Shown: positions 35,335 to 45,013 of the stretch, in pieces
Numbering within the stretch: position 1 is the stretch's first letter
Layout: each line of letters starts with the position of its first letter
DNA from: Chitinophagales bacterium
GTDB lineage: Bacteria; Bacteroidota; Bacteroidia; Chitinophagales; UBA10324
Direction of reading: 5' to 3'
DNA: 64,000 nt
Assembly: GCA_025057275.1 (NCBI GenBank)
Contig: JANWXQ010000020.1
Span: forward strand, 1,004 to 65,003
The notes under the pieces: generated by a model
The model's database searches: none
What the model saw: the letters and a program-made list of their open reading frames with translations, nothing else
Told to the model about the DNA's origin: nothing
Translations under genes and position numbers: made by a program

Positions 35335-38154
35335 ATGTCCTTTCGCTCCTGGGCCGCAACCGTTCTCCTGCTGTTGCACATAAATTCCTTTGCTCAGTCC
35401 GGCCGCATTTCCGGTACCGTTTTGGACGGCGCCACTAATGACGTGCTCACCGGTGCAACCGTTTTCCTGGAAAACGATCGCAGCCGCGGCGCCATCACCG
35501 ACGTGGACGGCTATTTTGAAATCTCTGGCGTGCCCTATGGAGTTTATAACCTCGTTGTTCAATACGTTTCGTATCAAACCAAGATCGTTGAGCAAATTAC
35601 CGTCAGTACCGCAACCACCGAACTTCAGGTCGTATTGCTTCCGATGGCCAAAGACCTGGAAGAAGTGGTGGTTCGCTCGGAACTGAAAAAGGAATCCATC
35701 AATGCCTTGCTTATTCTGCAAAAAAACTCTTCGCTGGTTCAGGATGGCATTTCTTCCGATTTGATCCGCCGCTCACCGGATAAAAACGCTGCCGAAGCCA
35801 TGAAGCGGGTTAGCGGCGTTTCGCTGTCTGAAAACAAATTCGCCATTATCCGCGGTCTGAGCGACCGTTACAATCTGGCCCTCATTAACGGAACCCCGCT
35901 GCCCAGCACCGAGGCCGATCGCAAGAACTTCACTTTTGATCTGATCCCCTCCAATCTGATCGACAACATCATCGTGTACAAAACGGCTCAGCCCGACCTG
36001 CCGGGCGATTTTGCCGGAGGCGTTATTCAGGTTTCCACCCGCGACATCCCCGACCGCCGATTCTTTAACCTTTCCGTTTCTACCGGCTTTAACACGATCT
36101 CTACCTTCCGTCCCTGGTACGACTATCAGGGCGGCAGGCTGGATTTCCTGGGTCTGGACGATGGCTCCCGCGCTTTGCCGGAAGGCTTCCCCTCCACCGA
36201 AACCGTGCAGCAGGCCCTCACCGACGACATCATCGCTTACTCGCGCCAGTTGCCCAATAACTGGGCTTTGCTTCGCCATCCGGCCATGGCGCCCAATTAC
36301 TCTGCCCAGTTTTCTTCCGGCATGGGCAATCAGCGTGTGGGCGGCATCGTCTCGTTGACCTACAATCGGTCCCAGCGCTTCAACCAAAACATCCGTCAGG
36401 ACTTCGACTTTCTGGAAAGCAACCCCAAATTCCGTTACGTGGACTCGGCCTATTCCACCCATGTGCTGGCCGGAGCCCTGTTTAACATCGGGTGGCGCAT
36501 TTCCACCAACGATAAAATCGCCTGGAAAAATTCCTATACCATTAACTCATCCGATCTCACCACCGTGCGTGGCGGCCAGAACATTGAACAGCAGTTTGAC
36601 ATCCGCAACTATGCCTATGAATTCGTTTCCAACCAGCTGGTCAACTCCCAGTTGCTTGGCGAACATACCTTGCTCCAGTCACGACTGAAAGTGGATTGGT
36701 ACGGTGGCTTCAGCCATACGCGCCGCGATCAGCCCGACTTCCGTAAGCTGTACTACAACCGCAATGCCGGCACTACCGACCCTTATCTGGCCTATATTCC
36801 CGTCGGTTCGGCCTCGCCCAACCTGGCCGGCAAGTTTTACTCGTATCTCTATGAAAATGCCTACTCAGGCGAAGTCAAGCTCACCTATTCGTTCCGGATG
36901 CTGGAACGCAAAAGCCTGCTGCGTACCGGATGGTTTTATCAGCAACGCAGCCGCGTTTTTGACGCCCGCGTACTGGGTTACACAATCACCAACTTCATCA
37001 AGTTCTATACGGAAAACGAAGATCCGAACCTTATACTGGCCTCTGCACCCGGCGATCTCTTTCAACCTGCCCACATCGGTGAAGCCGGCTTCAGCATTGA
37101 CGAAATCACCAATCCTTCCGACCACTACAGCGGCCGCAGTGACCTGACGGCCACCTATCTGATGCTGGACCAGCAGGTGTTGCCCTGGCTGCGCCTCATC
37201 TACGGCGCCCGGCTGGAGTTTTTCCATCAACGCCTTCAATCGTTTGACTACACCAACCGACCCGTTGACGTCAACACACGGTCAAGCGATTTGGGCAACC
37301 TGCCCTTTGATTTTCTGCCTTCGGTAAACGCTATTTTTAAAGTCGGAGAAAACAGTAATGTACGTGCGGCCTTTTCCAAAACCGCCGTGCGGCCTGAATT
37401 CCGTGAGCTGGCACCCTTTTCCTTCTATGATTTTACCACCACTTCCGTCGTTATCGGCAACGATACACTGGCCCGCAGCAACATTTTCAATTACGACCTG
37501 CGTTACGAACTGTTTCCCGGTGCCGGTCAGGTGTTTTCAGTGGGCGCTTTTTACAAAAAATTCCACGAACCGATTGAACAAACCATCGATTTCATCAGCA
37601 GTGGCGGTTACATCCGCTCCTACCGCAACGTAACCTCTGCCCGCAACTACGGTGTGGAGCTGGATTTCCGCAAAAACCTCAGTATGCTGTCGGGATGGTG
37701 GCATCAGATGGAAAATTTTCTGATCCAGCTTAATGCAGCCTGGATCCGCTCCGTAGCCGACGTTTCACTGATTGCCAATGCGGCCGACAGCACACGAAGC
37801 CTTCAGGGCCAATCTCCATACATCCTCAACGCCGGCCTGTCCTACCAGGAACCCAAAAGCGAAACCAACGTCACCGTATTGTTTAACCAGATTGGCCGCC
37901 GCATCATGTTTGTCGGCTCCAGCGAGTATCTGGACATTTACGAGAACAGCAGGCCGCTACTGGATGTGCAGCTGTCGCGCCGCATCATTCCCAATGGCAC
38001 GCTCCGGCTGAATGTTCAGGATGTGCTGGCTAAAGATGGTATCCTGTATCAGGACGTCAACGACGATGGCCGGTTCCGCCCCGCTGATGACAAGGAAATC
38101 GTTCGGGCAAAAACCGGTACGGTCATTTCCGTGGGTTTCAGCTATAGCTTCTAA
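35335..38154 (+). CDS. TonB-dependent receptor with N-terminal carboxypeptidase-regulatory-like domain
   Basis: 939 aa. Signal peptide, then GRISGTVLDGATNDVLTGATVFL (CarboxypepD_reg-like). Plug region AAEAMKRVSGVS...FAIIRGLSDRYN. C-terminal beta-barrel ends ..VGFSYSF. Confidence 0.9.
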   Translation: MSFRSWAATVLLLLHINSFAQSGRISGTVLDGATNDVLTGATVFLENDRSRGAITDVDGYFEISGVPYGVYNLVVQYVSYQTKIVEQITVSTATTELQVVLLPMAKDLEEVVVRSELKKESINALLILQKNSSLVQDGISSDLIRRSPDKNAAEAMKRVSGVSLSENKFAIIRGLSDRYNLALINGTPLPSTEADRKNFTFDLIPSNLIDNIIVYKTAQPDLPGDFAGGVIQVSTRDIPDRRFFNLSVSTGFNTISTFRPWYDYQGGRLDFLGLDDGSRALPEGFPSTETVQQALTDDIIAYSRQLPNNWALLRHPAMAPNYSAQFSSGMGNQRVGGIVSLTYNRSQRFNQNIRQDFDFLESNPKFRYVDSAYSTHVLAGALFNIGWRISTNDKIAWKNSYTINSSDLTTVRGGQNIEQQFDIRNYAYEFVSNQLVNSQLLGEHTLLQSRLKVDWYGGFSHTRRDQPDFRKLYYNRNAGTTDPYLAYIPVGSASPNLAGKFYSYLYENAYSGEVKLTYSFRMLERKSLLRTGWFYQQRSRVFDARVLGYTITNFIKFYTENEDPNLILASAPGDLFQPAHIGEAGFSIDEITNPSDHYSGRSDLTATYLMLDQQVLPWLRLIYGARLEFFHQRLQSFDYTNRPVDVNTRSSDLGNLPFDFLPSVNAIFKVGENSNVRAAFSKTAVRPEFRELAPFSFYDFTTTSVVIGNDTLARSNIFNYDLRYELFPGAGQVFSVGAFYKKFHEPIEQTIDFISSGGYIRSYRNVTSARNYGVELDFRKNLSMLSGWWHQMENFLIQLNAAWIRSVADVSLIANAADSTRSLQGQSPYILNAGLSYQEPKSETNVTVLFNQIGRRIMFVGSSEYLDIYENSRPLLDVQLSRRIIPNGTLRLNVQDVLAKDGILYQDVNDDGRFRPADDKEIVRAKTGTVISVGFSYSF

Positions 38155-38270
38155 GCCCTCTCCTCTTAACAGTTCAGAAATATTAGCCCGCACAACTTAA
38201 CGAAGGGCTAACCTTTAGGAAAGGACTTCGTTATGCTGTCCTGCTTTTTTTGTTACAAAATCTGTCTCGG

Positions 38271-39869
38271 ATGAAAAGAACGTTTACCCTTCTGGCCCTG
38301 CTGGTCCTGGGACTGCATGGCCGCGCCGATGAAGTCATTTCCGGCTACATCACCCAAAACACCACATTAACCAAAGACAAAATCTGGCTGCTTCAGGGAT
38401 TTGTGTATGTAACCAATGGCGCTACGCTTACCGTGGAACCGGGCACCTTGGTCAAAGGCGACAAAGCCACCAAAGGCGCCCTGATTATTACACGAGGTGC
38501 TAAGCTGATCGCTGAAGGCACGGCTCAGGAACCCATCGTTTTTACCTCCAACGGCCCCGTAGGCTTTCGTAACTACGGCGACTGGGGTGGCATCATCTTG
38601 TTGGGGCGCGCCTCGATAAACCAACCCGGCGGCGAAGCCATCATAGAAGGCGGCGTGGAAGACGGCCAGGGCAACGGCACCTATGGCGGCGGCCTCAACC
38701 CCGATGACAACGACAACAGCGGCATCCTGCGCTACGTGCGCATTGAGTTCTGCGGCATTGCCTTTCAACCCAACAGCGAAATCAACGGCCTCACCTGCGG
38801 CGGTGTGGGCCGCGGCACCACGCTGGAATACATTCAGGTCAGCTTCTGCGGCGATGACTCCTACGAGTTTTTTGGCGGTACCGTCAATGCCAAATACCTG
38901 ATTTCTTTCCGGGCCCTGGACGATGACTTTGACACCGACAATGGCTACCGGGGCCTGATCCAGTTTGCCTACGCCCTGCGCGATCCGGCCATAGCCGACG
39001 TAAGCGGCTCCAATGGCTTTGAATCCGACAACGATGCCACCGGATCCTCCAACGCGCCGTTTACCCAGCCCGTGTTCAGCAATGTAACCATTGCCGGACC
39101 CCGCGTTACCTCTTCCACTTCCATTAACGGCAGTTACCGCCGAGCCGCTCACCTGCGCCGCAACACCCGAACCAGCATTTACAACTCCGTGCTCATGGGC
39201 TTCCCTACGGGGATCATGGTAGATGGCAGCGCCTGCGAAGCCAATGCCACCAACGATGTGCTGCAGGTGCGCAACACGGTCATCAGCGGCTGCACCAACA
39301 ATTTTGAAGTGGCTTCCGGCAGCACTTTTGACATCAGCGGATGGTTTAGCAACACGGCCTACAACAACAAGACCTATTCGACCAATGCCGCCCTTGGCCT
39401 GAAAGACCCCTTCAACCTGAGCAATCCGAATCCCTTGCCGGCTGACACCAGCTTGCTGCTCTCCGGAGCCGACTTTAGTCTTGCCGCCCTGGCCGATCCG
39501 TTTTTTACGCCGGTCAGCTACCGCGGCGCCTTCGGCAACGATAACTGGACAGCCGGATGGGCTGAATGGAATCCCAACAACGTGCCATATACCGGCTTGG
39601 AGCCTCTGACCGCACTGACCACCATGAGGCTGTATCCCAATCCTGCGGTTGCACAGGCTGTCGTCGAGTTTTCACTATCCGCCCCGAAGCCGGTACACAT
39701 CTATCTGACCGATGCTGCCGGACGTCATGTCGCTGATGTACGTTGCACGACATTAGGAGCGGGCGCTCATGCTACCGCCATTGACCTCAACGGTCTGCCC
39801 GCAGGATCTTATCTGCTGGTGCTCCGGGCCGGCAACAGTGTCAACACCCAAAAACTGTTCGTACAATAA
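38271..39869 (+). CDS. secreted G/N/D-rich (beta-helix-like) protein with type A T9SS C-terminal domain, TBDR-associated
   Basis: The ATG at 38271 (MKRTFTLLALLVLGLHG) gives 532 aa. C-terminus RLYPNPAVAQAVVEF...GSYLLVL. I recognise no catalytic motif. Confidence 0.7.
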   Translation: MKRTFTLLALLVLGLHGRADEVISGYITQNTTLTKDKIWLLQGFVYVTNGATLTVEPGTLVKGDKATKGALIITRGAKLIAEGTAQEPIVFTSNGPVGFRNYGDWGGIILLGRASINQPGGEAIIEGGVEDGQGNGTYGGGLNPDDNDNSGILRYVRIEFCGIAFQPNSEINGLTCGGVGRGTTLEYIQVSFCGDDSYEFFGGTVNAKYLISFRALDDDFDTDNGYRGLIQFAYALRDPAIADVSGSNGFESDNDATGSSNAPFTQPVFSNVTIAGPRVTSSTSINGSYRRAAHLRRNTRTSIYNSVLMGFPTGIMVDGSACEANATNDVLQVRNTVISGCTNNFEVASGSTFDISGWFSNTAYNNKTYSTNAALGLKDPFNLSNPNPLPADTSLLLSGADFSLAALADPFFTPVSYRGAFGNDNWTAGWAEWNPNNVPYTGLEPLTALTTMRLYPNPAVAQAVVEFSLSAPKPVHIYLTDAAGRHVADVRCTTLGAGAHATAIDLNGLPAGSYLLVLRAGNSVNTQKLFVQ

Positions 39870-39889
39870 AATCGTTCCGGTTGAAAAAC

Positions 39890-39920
39890 AAAGGGCGCCA
39901 AAAGGCGCCCTTTGTTTTTT
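39890..39920 (+). terminator. rho-independent terminator
   Basis: A perfect 10-bp stem AAAGGGCGCC/GGCGCCCUUU with loop AAAA is followed by GTTTTTT. It lies 21 nt after the stop at 39869. Confidence 0.7.
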
Positions 39921-40133
39921 CCATTGCTGGTTTTTTCAAATCATTTCTGATATATCCTGAATTCAGGCAAACCAACTTTAAGGGCTTTAACCTGTATCAA
40001 TGAAGCAGTTACTGAGTGCCTCATCCGGCGTTCAAGAAAAATGTGGAATGTCTGATTTAGCGGTTCAGCTGGCCGGGTATTTTTTCGTTCTGGTCTTTGA
40101 CGCAACGGTTGCACTTATTTGCCGGAGATCGCA

Positions 40134-40167
40134 AAAAAATCCCCCCTGAGGGGTTCACTCAGGGGGG
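40134..40167 (-). terminator. rho-independent terminator (minus strand)
   Basis: A 10-bp stem CCCCCCTGAG/CTCAGGGGGG with a 7-nt loop is followed by a T7 run on the minus strand (A7 at 40134-40140). It lies 26 nt after the stop at 40193. Confidence 0.7.
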
Positions 40168-40192
40168 ATAAAGCGATGAACGTTGGAGCAGC

Positions 40193-42157
40193 TTAACTGC
40201 CTTTGACCACGAGCTTTTCCGTAAAACTGTTCTGCCCTACCCGCAGCGTTACGAAATAAACGCCGTCGGAGAGCTTACTGATGTCAACCATCGTTTGCTG
40301 TTCACCGGACCGGAGCCCCAGATTTTCAGACTGCACCAATTGCCCGATGGCATTGCGTATTTCGTACGATACCTGAGCCGGTGCGGACAGGCGATAATGC
40401 AAAACGCTTTCATCTGTGGCCGGATTGGGATAAACGGCCAATGAAGCCACCGGAGCACCCGGTTCCTGAAAGCCGCTGGCAAGTTCCCAACCACCCTTAT
40501 TGCAATTGATCACGATGTTATCGGAATTGGAATTGTACTGCGTAATCATGCCGACTACGTGTACGCGGTTAATGTTTACGGTGGAAGGCACCACGTAAGT
40601 ATAGGTATAGGAATGTTTATCGCCGGCATTTAGGGTAGTCGGCAGACTGCCTGCCGTTCCATGAAAACCTCCGAGGATAGCGCGACCTACATGGTTGTAA
40701 TGCATCTGGTTGGCCGGTATGGAACTGGGAAGATTTTCAAATCCACCCATAAGTCCCTGGCCACCACCTGCATAATAATTGGCCTGCTTGTATCCGGATG
40801 AGGTTCCGGTAACGCTGTCTTCCACGATGACGGCATTGAACCGGTAATTGCCACTCAGGCTCTGGATAAACTCACCGGTTACCGTTACTGCCAGTTGCTT
40901 GATACTGGGATTGTACTCCCCACTCACGGTAACCTTTACCGGCACATCATTGGAAATTTTGTCAATCAGATCAAATTCCAAAGCCGAGGGATCTATGATG
41001 TATTCCCGGTCAACAATTACGCTGGGATAACCCATAAAGCCGGGAAAGGTATTAACGCCGTTATCATAAGTGGAATTGGCCATAGGATCGCCGTTGTGGA
41101 CAGCTACACCCACAAACTGATCCGGATAGGTTTCGGTCATGTAGTCCATATACACTGTACCGCGCGGACACCAGCCGCACCACGTGCCGGTAGCTTCTTC
41201 GGCCAGGTATTTACGATCCGGATTGGGGGTAACACCATAAACCGCGTAGCTCTTGCTGTTGTTGGTGGTAGAAATCTCATTGGCCCCTCCGTTCACGTTG
41301 CTCACCGAGAGCGTTATGGATTGATTGCCGCCTAGAGTTACATAAGGAACCTGGGATTGGTAGGTGTAAGTGGCCAGAGGAGCCACATTGAGACCGGTTA
41401 GGGTTTCGGTGTGCGTGCTGGTTCCATCGGTCCAGCTAACGTCAAACGAATTAATCGCATAAGTCCCTTTGTTGGTTAGCGTGGCGCGTACCGTCAAAGG
41501 CAAACCTGTCAGGTATTTTTGAAAGCCAACAAAAGCCGGTCGGGGATCCTCTTTGCCAACCAATAAGGTGGAAACCATTAAGTCCGTGCCTACCAGCGGT
41601 TCGTAAACCTTAACATTGTCTAGCGCCCAGCCATAGAGCCAGTCGCCGCCATCCTTGTAGTTAAAAGCCAGCTTTACATTGCTTTGCCCTGCATAGGCGC
41701 TCAGGTTAACGTCGTAGGTAGTCCATGCACTATTGCCGGGCAAGGTAAATACGGTGGTCCAGGTCGTTCCACCGTCGGTGCTGATTTTCACATGCGCTTC
41801 CTCCTGCTTGTTGTTGTACGAAGCTTTGTAGAAATACGCATCAAATGACATAAATACATTGGCCGCGCCGCTGAAATCCATGACGGGAGTGATCAGGTAT
41901 TCATCGCCCTTATCGCAGTTGCAGGCATCATCGTTAGTAGCCGCCATTTTGGTATGGGGAGGAATCGGGAAATAAGCACTTTGCAACTGCGTATTGGTTC
42001 CGAATTTCCAGCCGCCATCCGTGGCATTGCTGATGTTACTCCAGCCGGATGGCAGGCCGGTGCCTTCGAAATCCTGGGAGAGTAAGGTGGTTTGCCCCTG
42101 AGCAGTTAATGAAAGCGCTAGTATGGCGGCAAACAGAAAGGGTATTATTGTTTTCAC
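40193..42157 (-). CDS. T9SS cargo: choice-of-anchor-J/MAM-like N-domain + Omp28-like thioredoxin-fold domain (WCGWC) + type A CTD
   Basis: The GTG at 42157 gives a signal peptide (KTIIPFLFAAILALSLTAQGQ) and 654 aa. Motifs: DFEGTGLPSGWSNISNATDGGW, ATNDDACNCDK, EEATGTWCGWCPRG, and C-terminal AVYPNPATDESVL...GVYFVTL. Confidence 0.75.
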   Translation of the reverse strand: MKTIIPFLFAAILALSLTAQGQTTLLSQDFEGTGLPSGWSNISNATDGGWKFGTNTQLQSAYFPIPPHTKMAATNDDACNCDKGDEYLITPVMDFSGAANVFMSFDAYFYKASYNNKQEEAHVKISTDGGTTWTTVFTLPGNSAWTTYDVNLSAYAGQSNVKLAFNYKDGGDWLYGWALDNVKVYEPLVGTDLMVSTLLVGKEDPRPAFVGFQKYLTGLPLTVRATLTNKGTYAINSFDVSWTDGTSTHTETLTGLNVAPLATYTYQSQVPYVTLGGNQSITLSVSNVNGGANEISTTNNSKSYAVYGVTPNPDRKYLAEEATGTWCGWCPRGTVYMDYMTETYPDQFVGVAVHNGDPMANSTYDNGVNTFPGFMGYPSVIVDREYIIDPSALEFDLIDKISNDVPVKVTVSGEYNPSIKQLAVTVTGEFIQSLSGNYRFNAVIVEDSVTGTSSGYKQANYYAGGGQGLMGGFENLPSSIPANQMHYNHVGRAILGGFHGTAGSLPTTLNAGDKHSYTYTYVVPSTVNINRVHVVGMITQYNSNSDNIVINCNKGGWELASGFQEPGAPVASLAVYPNPATDESVLHYRLSAPAQVSYEIRNAIGQLVQSENLGLRSGEQQTMVDISKLSDGVYFVTLRVGQNSFTEKLVVKGS

Positions 42158-42352
42158 GGGAAAAACTTTACGAAACAAAAGTAACGGTTCCTCCAGATAA
42201 AAATGCTGCCCTCTGATTCCACCGAAGCAGCGATCAGCCGTTCTTTGAATACCTCTATTCGTATTGCTCTTTGTTAAAGGCAAATCGCTTGAAACTGTTT
42301 TGGATTTTACAGCACAGATTGATTCTGAAAAAATCACTGCTCAACCACCGCC

Positions 42353-44320
42353 CTATTGTTCCGTTACGATCAGCTTTTTGCCCGTGGAATACCCCCCCGT
42401 CTTTACATGAACGAAATACATGCCCGGCTGCAGTCCGCTTAAATCAAAATCCTTCTGTTGCCAGCCGCTTACCCCGTTAAAACAATACTGCTTGACGGTT
42501 TGCCCCCGGGAGCTTTTTAATGCAACAACTACTTCACCCGGTTCGGCTATTGAAAAATGAACCGCCGCTTTTTCTTTTGCCGGATTGGGGTATACGGCCA
42601 TGGCAAAATCTGGAACAGCATGAGTTGCTGAGGAAGTGGCCAACGTCCATTTCGCACTGTTCGCATTGAGCACTACGTTGCTGCTGTTAGACTGGTAGCG
42701 GGTTACAATTCCTACCACCTGAACCTGGCTGAGATTGACCTCGGAAGGCACAGGGTACAGATAGGCGTGCGAAAACTGGTCTCCTGCGTTAATCACAGTC
42801 GGCAGCACATTGGCTGTGCCATAAAAACTTCCGCTGAGCAGTTCCCGCCCTACATGACGATGCACCATCTGGGTTGCAGGAATCGGGGTGGGCAGGCTTT
42901 CAAAACCTCCCATAGGTCCGTAAATGTTATATGCATACGCATTGTACTGGCTGTACCCTGAAGAACTGTTCTGCACGCTGTCCTCCACGATTATGGCATC
43001 TATCCGGAAATCGCCCTGCAGGTTTTGCGTGAATTCGGCGTGCACGGTTACTTGTAGCATCTGCATGCCGGGCTGATAAACCGCTTCCACATCAACCAGC
43101 ACCGGTGGTTCCTGGGTCATTCGTTCAATGAAGTCTGCTTCCACATCCAGTGGATCAATCACGTATTCCCGGTCAGCCGTAACGCTGGGATAGCCCAGAA
43201 AACCGGGCATGGAACTGATACCGGTGGAATAAACACTGTTTTCCATGGGGTCATCTTCGTGCACATGAATGCCGATATACTGATCTGGATAGGTGTTTTT
43301 CATATAATTACTGAATGCAATACCCCGCGTACACCATGCGCACCAGGTGCCGGTGGCGTTTTCTGCCAGATATTTCTTGTTTGGTGCCGGTGAAACGATA
43401 TTCACCACTACAGTCTGGCTGTTGTTGGTGGCGGAAACATCGGGCTCCCCGTCATTCACTTCAGCAATGGAGGCCGTGTAGCTGAATGTGCCCGCCTGCA
43501 TCTGAGCCGGAACGGCAAATTCATGGACGTAACGCTGCAGCGGTTCCAGCTGGATTCCGGTAATGCTTTCCGTCAGCGTGGTGACTCCATCGGATAGCGT
43601 CAGGTCAAATGAAGTAAGGGTCGTTGTGCCCCTGTTGGCTACGGTTACCCGAACGAAAAGCGGTGTGCCGGTCAGGTACTTGGCATAAGATACGAAAGCA
43701 GGCCGTGCATCGTATTTGCCTGCGGCCACGGAAGCTATGGCCAGATCATTGCCTGCAGCAGGGGCATACACCCAGATGTTATCCAGAGCCATGCCCTTCA
43801 TCCAGCCGCTGTTGTCCTGATAATTCACTGCAATCAGCACATGATTATTTCCGGCATACGAGGAAAGGTTTACCCCATAGGTAGCCCACGTTTCGCTGGC
43901 CGGAAACGTAAAGGCATGCAGCCACGAATTGCCCCCGTTGGACGATACGAGCAAAACAGCTTTTTCTTTTTTGTTCTGGTACATCGCCTTGGTAAAAAAT
44001 GCGTCCAGCTCCAGATACACCTGCGATGTGCCGCTGAAATCCAATGGAGAAGTTATCAGGTATTCATTGCTTTTATCGCAGTTGCAGGCCGCATCATTGG
44101 TAGCAGCCATCAGGGTGTGGGCTGGAATCGGAAAAAAGGGACTCTGCAATTGTGTATTGCTTCCAAATTGCCAGCCTCCGTCGCTGGCATTGCTGATGTT
44201 GCTCCACCCGGGAGGAAGTGCCCCGCTTTCAAAATCCTCATACAACAGGGTGGATTGCCCCTGAGCAAACGCAAAGAACAAAAAGGCACCGATAAAGGAA
44301 AAAAGCGATGGGGCATTCAT
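42353..44320 (-). CDS. T9SS cargo paralog: choice-of-anchor-J/MAM-like + Omp28-like thioredoxin-fold domain (WCAWC) + type A CTD
   Basis: Start at codon 22 of the track ORF (MNAPSLFSFIGAFLFFAFAQGQ) gives 655 aa. It is collinear with the downstream paralog. Motifs: ATNDAACNCDK, ENATGTWCAWCTRG, and C-terminal AVYPNPAKEKAAV...GMYFVHV. Confidence 0.75.
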   Translation of the reverse strand: MNAPSLFSFIGAFLFFAFAQGQSTLLYEDFESGALPPGWSNISNASDGGWQFGSNTQLQSPFFPIPAHTLMAATNDAACNCDKSNEYLITSPLDFSGTSQVYLELDAFFTKAMYQNKKEKAVLLVSSNGGNSWLHAFTFPASETWATYGVNLSSYAGNNHVLIAVNYQDNSGWMKGMALDNIWVYAPAAGNDLAIASVAAGKYDARPAFVSYAKYLTGTPLFVRVTVANRGTTTLTSFDLTLSDGVTTLTESITGIQLEPLQRYVHEFAVPAQMQAGTFSYTASIAEVNDGEPDVSATNNSQTVVVNIVSPAPNKKYLAENATGTWCAWCTRGIAFSNYMKNTYPDQYIGIHVHEDDPMENSVYSTGISSMPGFLGYPSVTADREYVIDPLDVEADFIERMTQEPPVLVDVEAVYQPGMQMLQVTVHAEFTQNLQGDFRIDAIIVEDSVQNSSSGYSQYNAYAYNIYGPMGGFESLPTPIPATQMVHRHVGRELLSGSFYGTANVLPTVINAGDQFSHAYLYPVPSEVNLSQVQVVGIVTRYQSNSSNVVLNANSAKWTLATSSATHAVPDFAMAVYPNPAKEKAAVHFSIAEPGEVVVALKSSRGQTVKQYCFNGVSGWQQKDFDLSGLQPGMYFVHVKTGGYSTGKKLIVTEQ

Positions 44321-44485
44321 GGTGGCAGGCTGTTGACTTAGCTTCCAATTTACAGAAAAAATGGCTCTGATTGCCGCAATCATGAGCTCAGCAGCCCTTG
44401 CAGTTAACCGCCTCGGGGAATTGCTTGTGAAAAAAACTACCCCTTGGAAAAGGCTTTATGTACGTAAAGAAAGATGGGCTTGGGT

Positions 44486-44926
44486 TCAGCAATAATGCTC
44501 GTACACCTGACGAAGGTGCTGGGCCAAGACTTCGGCAGGCCGCCCTTCAATCTGATGACGCTCCACCAGATGAACCAGTTGTTTTCCCTTGAACAAAGCT
44601 ATGGCCGGCGACGATGGCGGATACGGAGCCAGATAACGACGCACTTCCTGCGTGGCTTCCTTATCCACCCCGGCAAAAACGGTGTACAGGGCTTCGGGCT
44701 TTTTGGTGGACTGCTTCAGCGACAACAACACGCCCGGCCGCGCACTGCCGGCTGCACATCCGCAAACCGAATTAATCACCACCAGTAAGGTGCCCTGGTT
44801 GTTCTCAATTACCGTTCGTGCTTCCTCTGCTGTTTTAATTTCTTCAAATCCCTCATTGGTCAATTCGCGGGTCATGGGCAGCACCAGTTCTTCCGGATAC
44901 ATGATGATTGGTTTTTGTGCAGGCAA
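44486..44926 (-). CDS. BrxA/BrxB-family bacilliredoxin (DUF1094/YphP-like)
   Basis: 146 aa. The signature [16 protein letters not shown] (CGC redox motif) is in a thioredoxin-fold context. Confidence 0.85.
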   Translation of the reverse strand: MPAQKPIIMYPEELVLPMTRELTNEGFEEIKTAEEARTVIENNQGTLLVVINSVCGCAAGSARPGVLLSLKQSTKKPEALYTVFAGVDKEATQEVRRYLAPYPPSSPAIALFKGKQLVHLVERHQIEGRPAEVLAQHLRQVYEHYC

Positions 44927-44988
44927 AAATAGGCCATAGGATCATGCTGCCTTTTCGCGGTTTAACGGGGCGACTGATGCACCGGTTG

Positions 44989-44996
44989 TACCTTTG
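44989..44996 (+). promoter_or_regulatory. candidate Bacteroidota -7 promoter box (TAnnTTTG)
   Basis: TACCTTTG lies 17 nt upstream of the ahcY ATG. Confidence 0.3.
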
Positions 44997-45013
44997 CCGG
45001 CAAATACAGCTGC

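Noticed and set aside
44927-45013. SAH riboswitch upstream of ahcY.
   Set aside because: The spacer is only 87 nt and lacks the conserved SAH-element core as I remember it. It is more simply explained by a TACCTTTG -7 box and a short leader.
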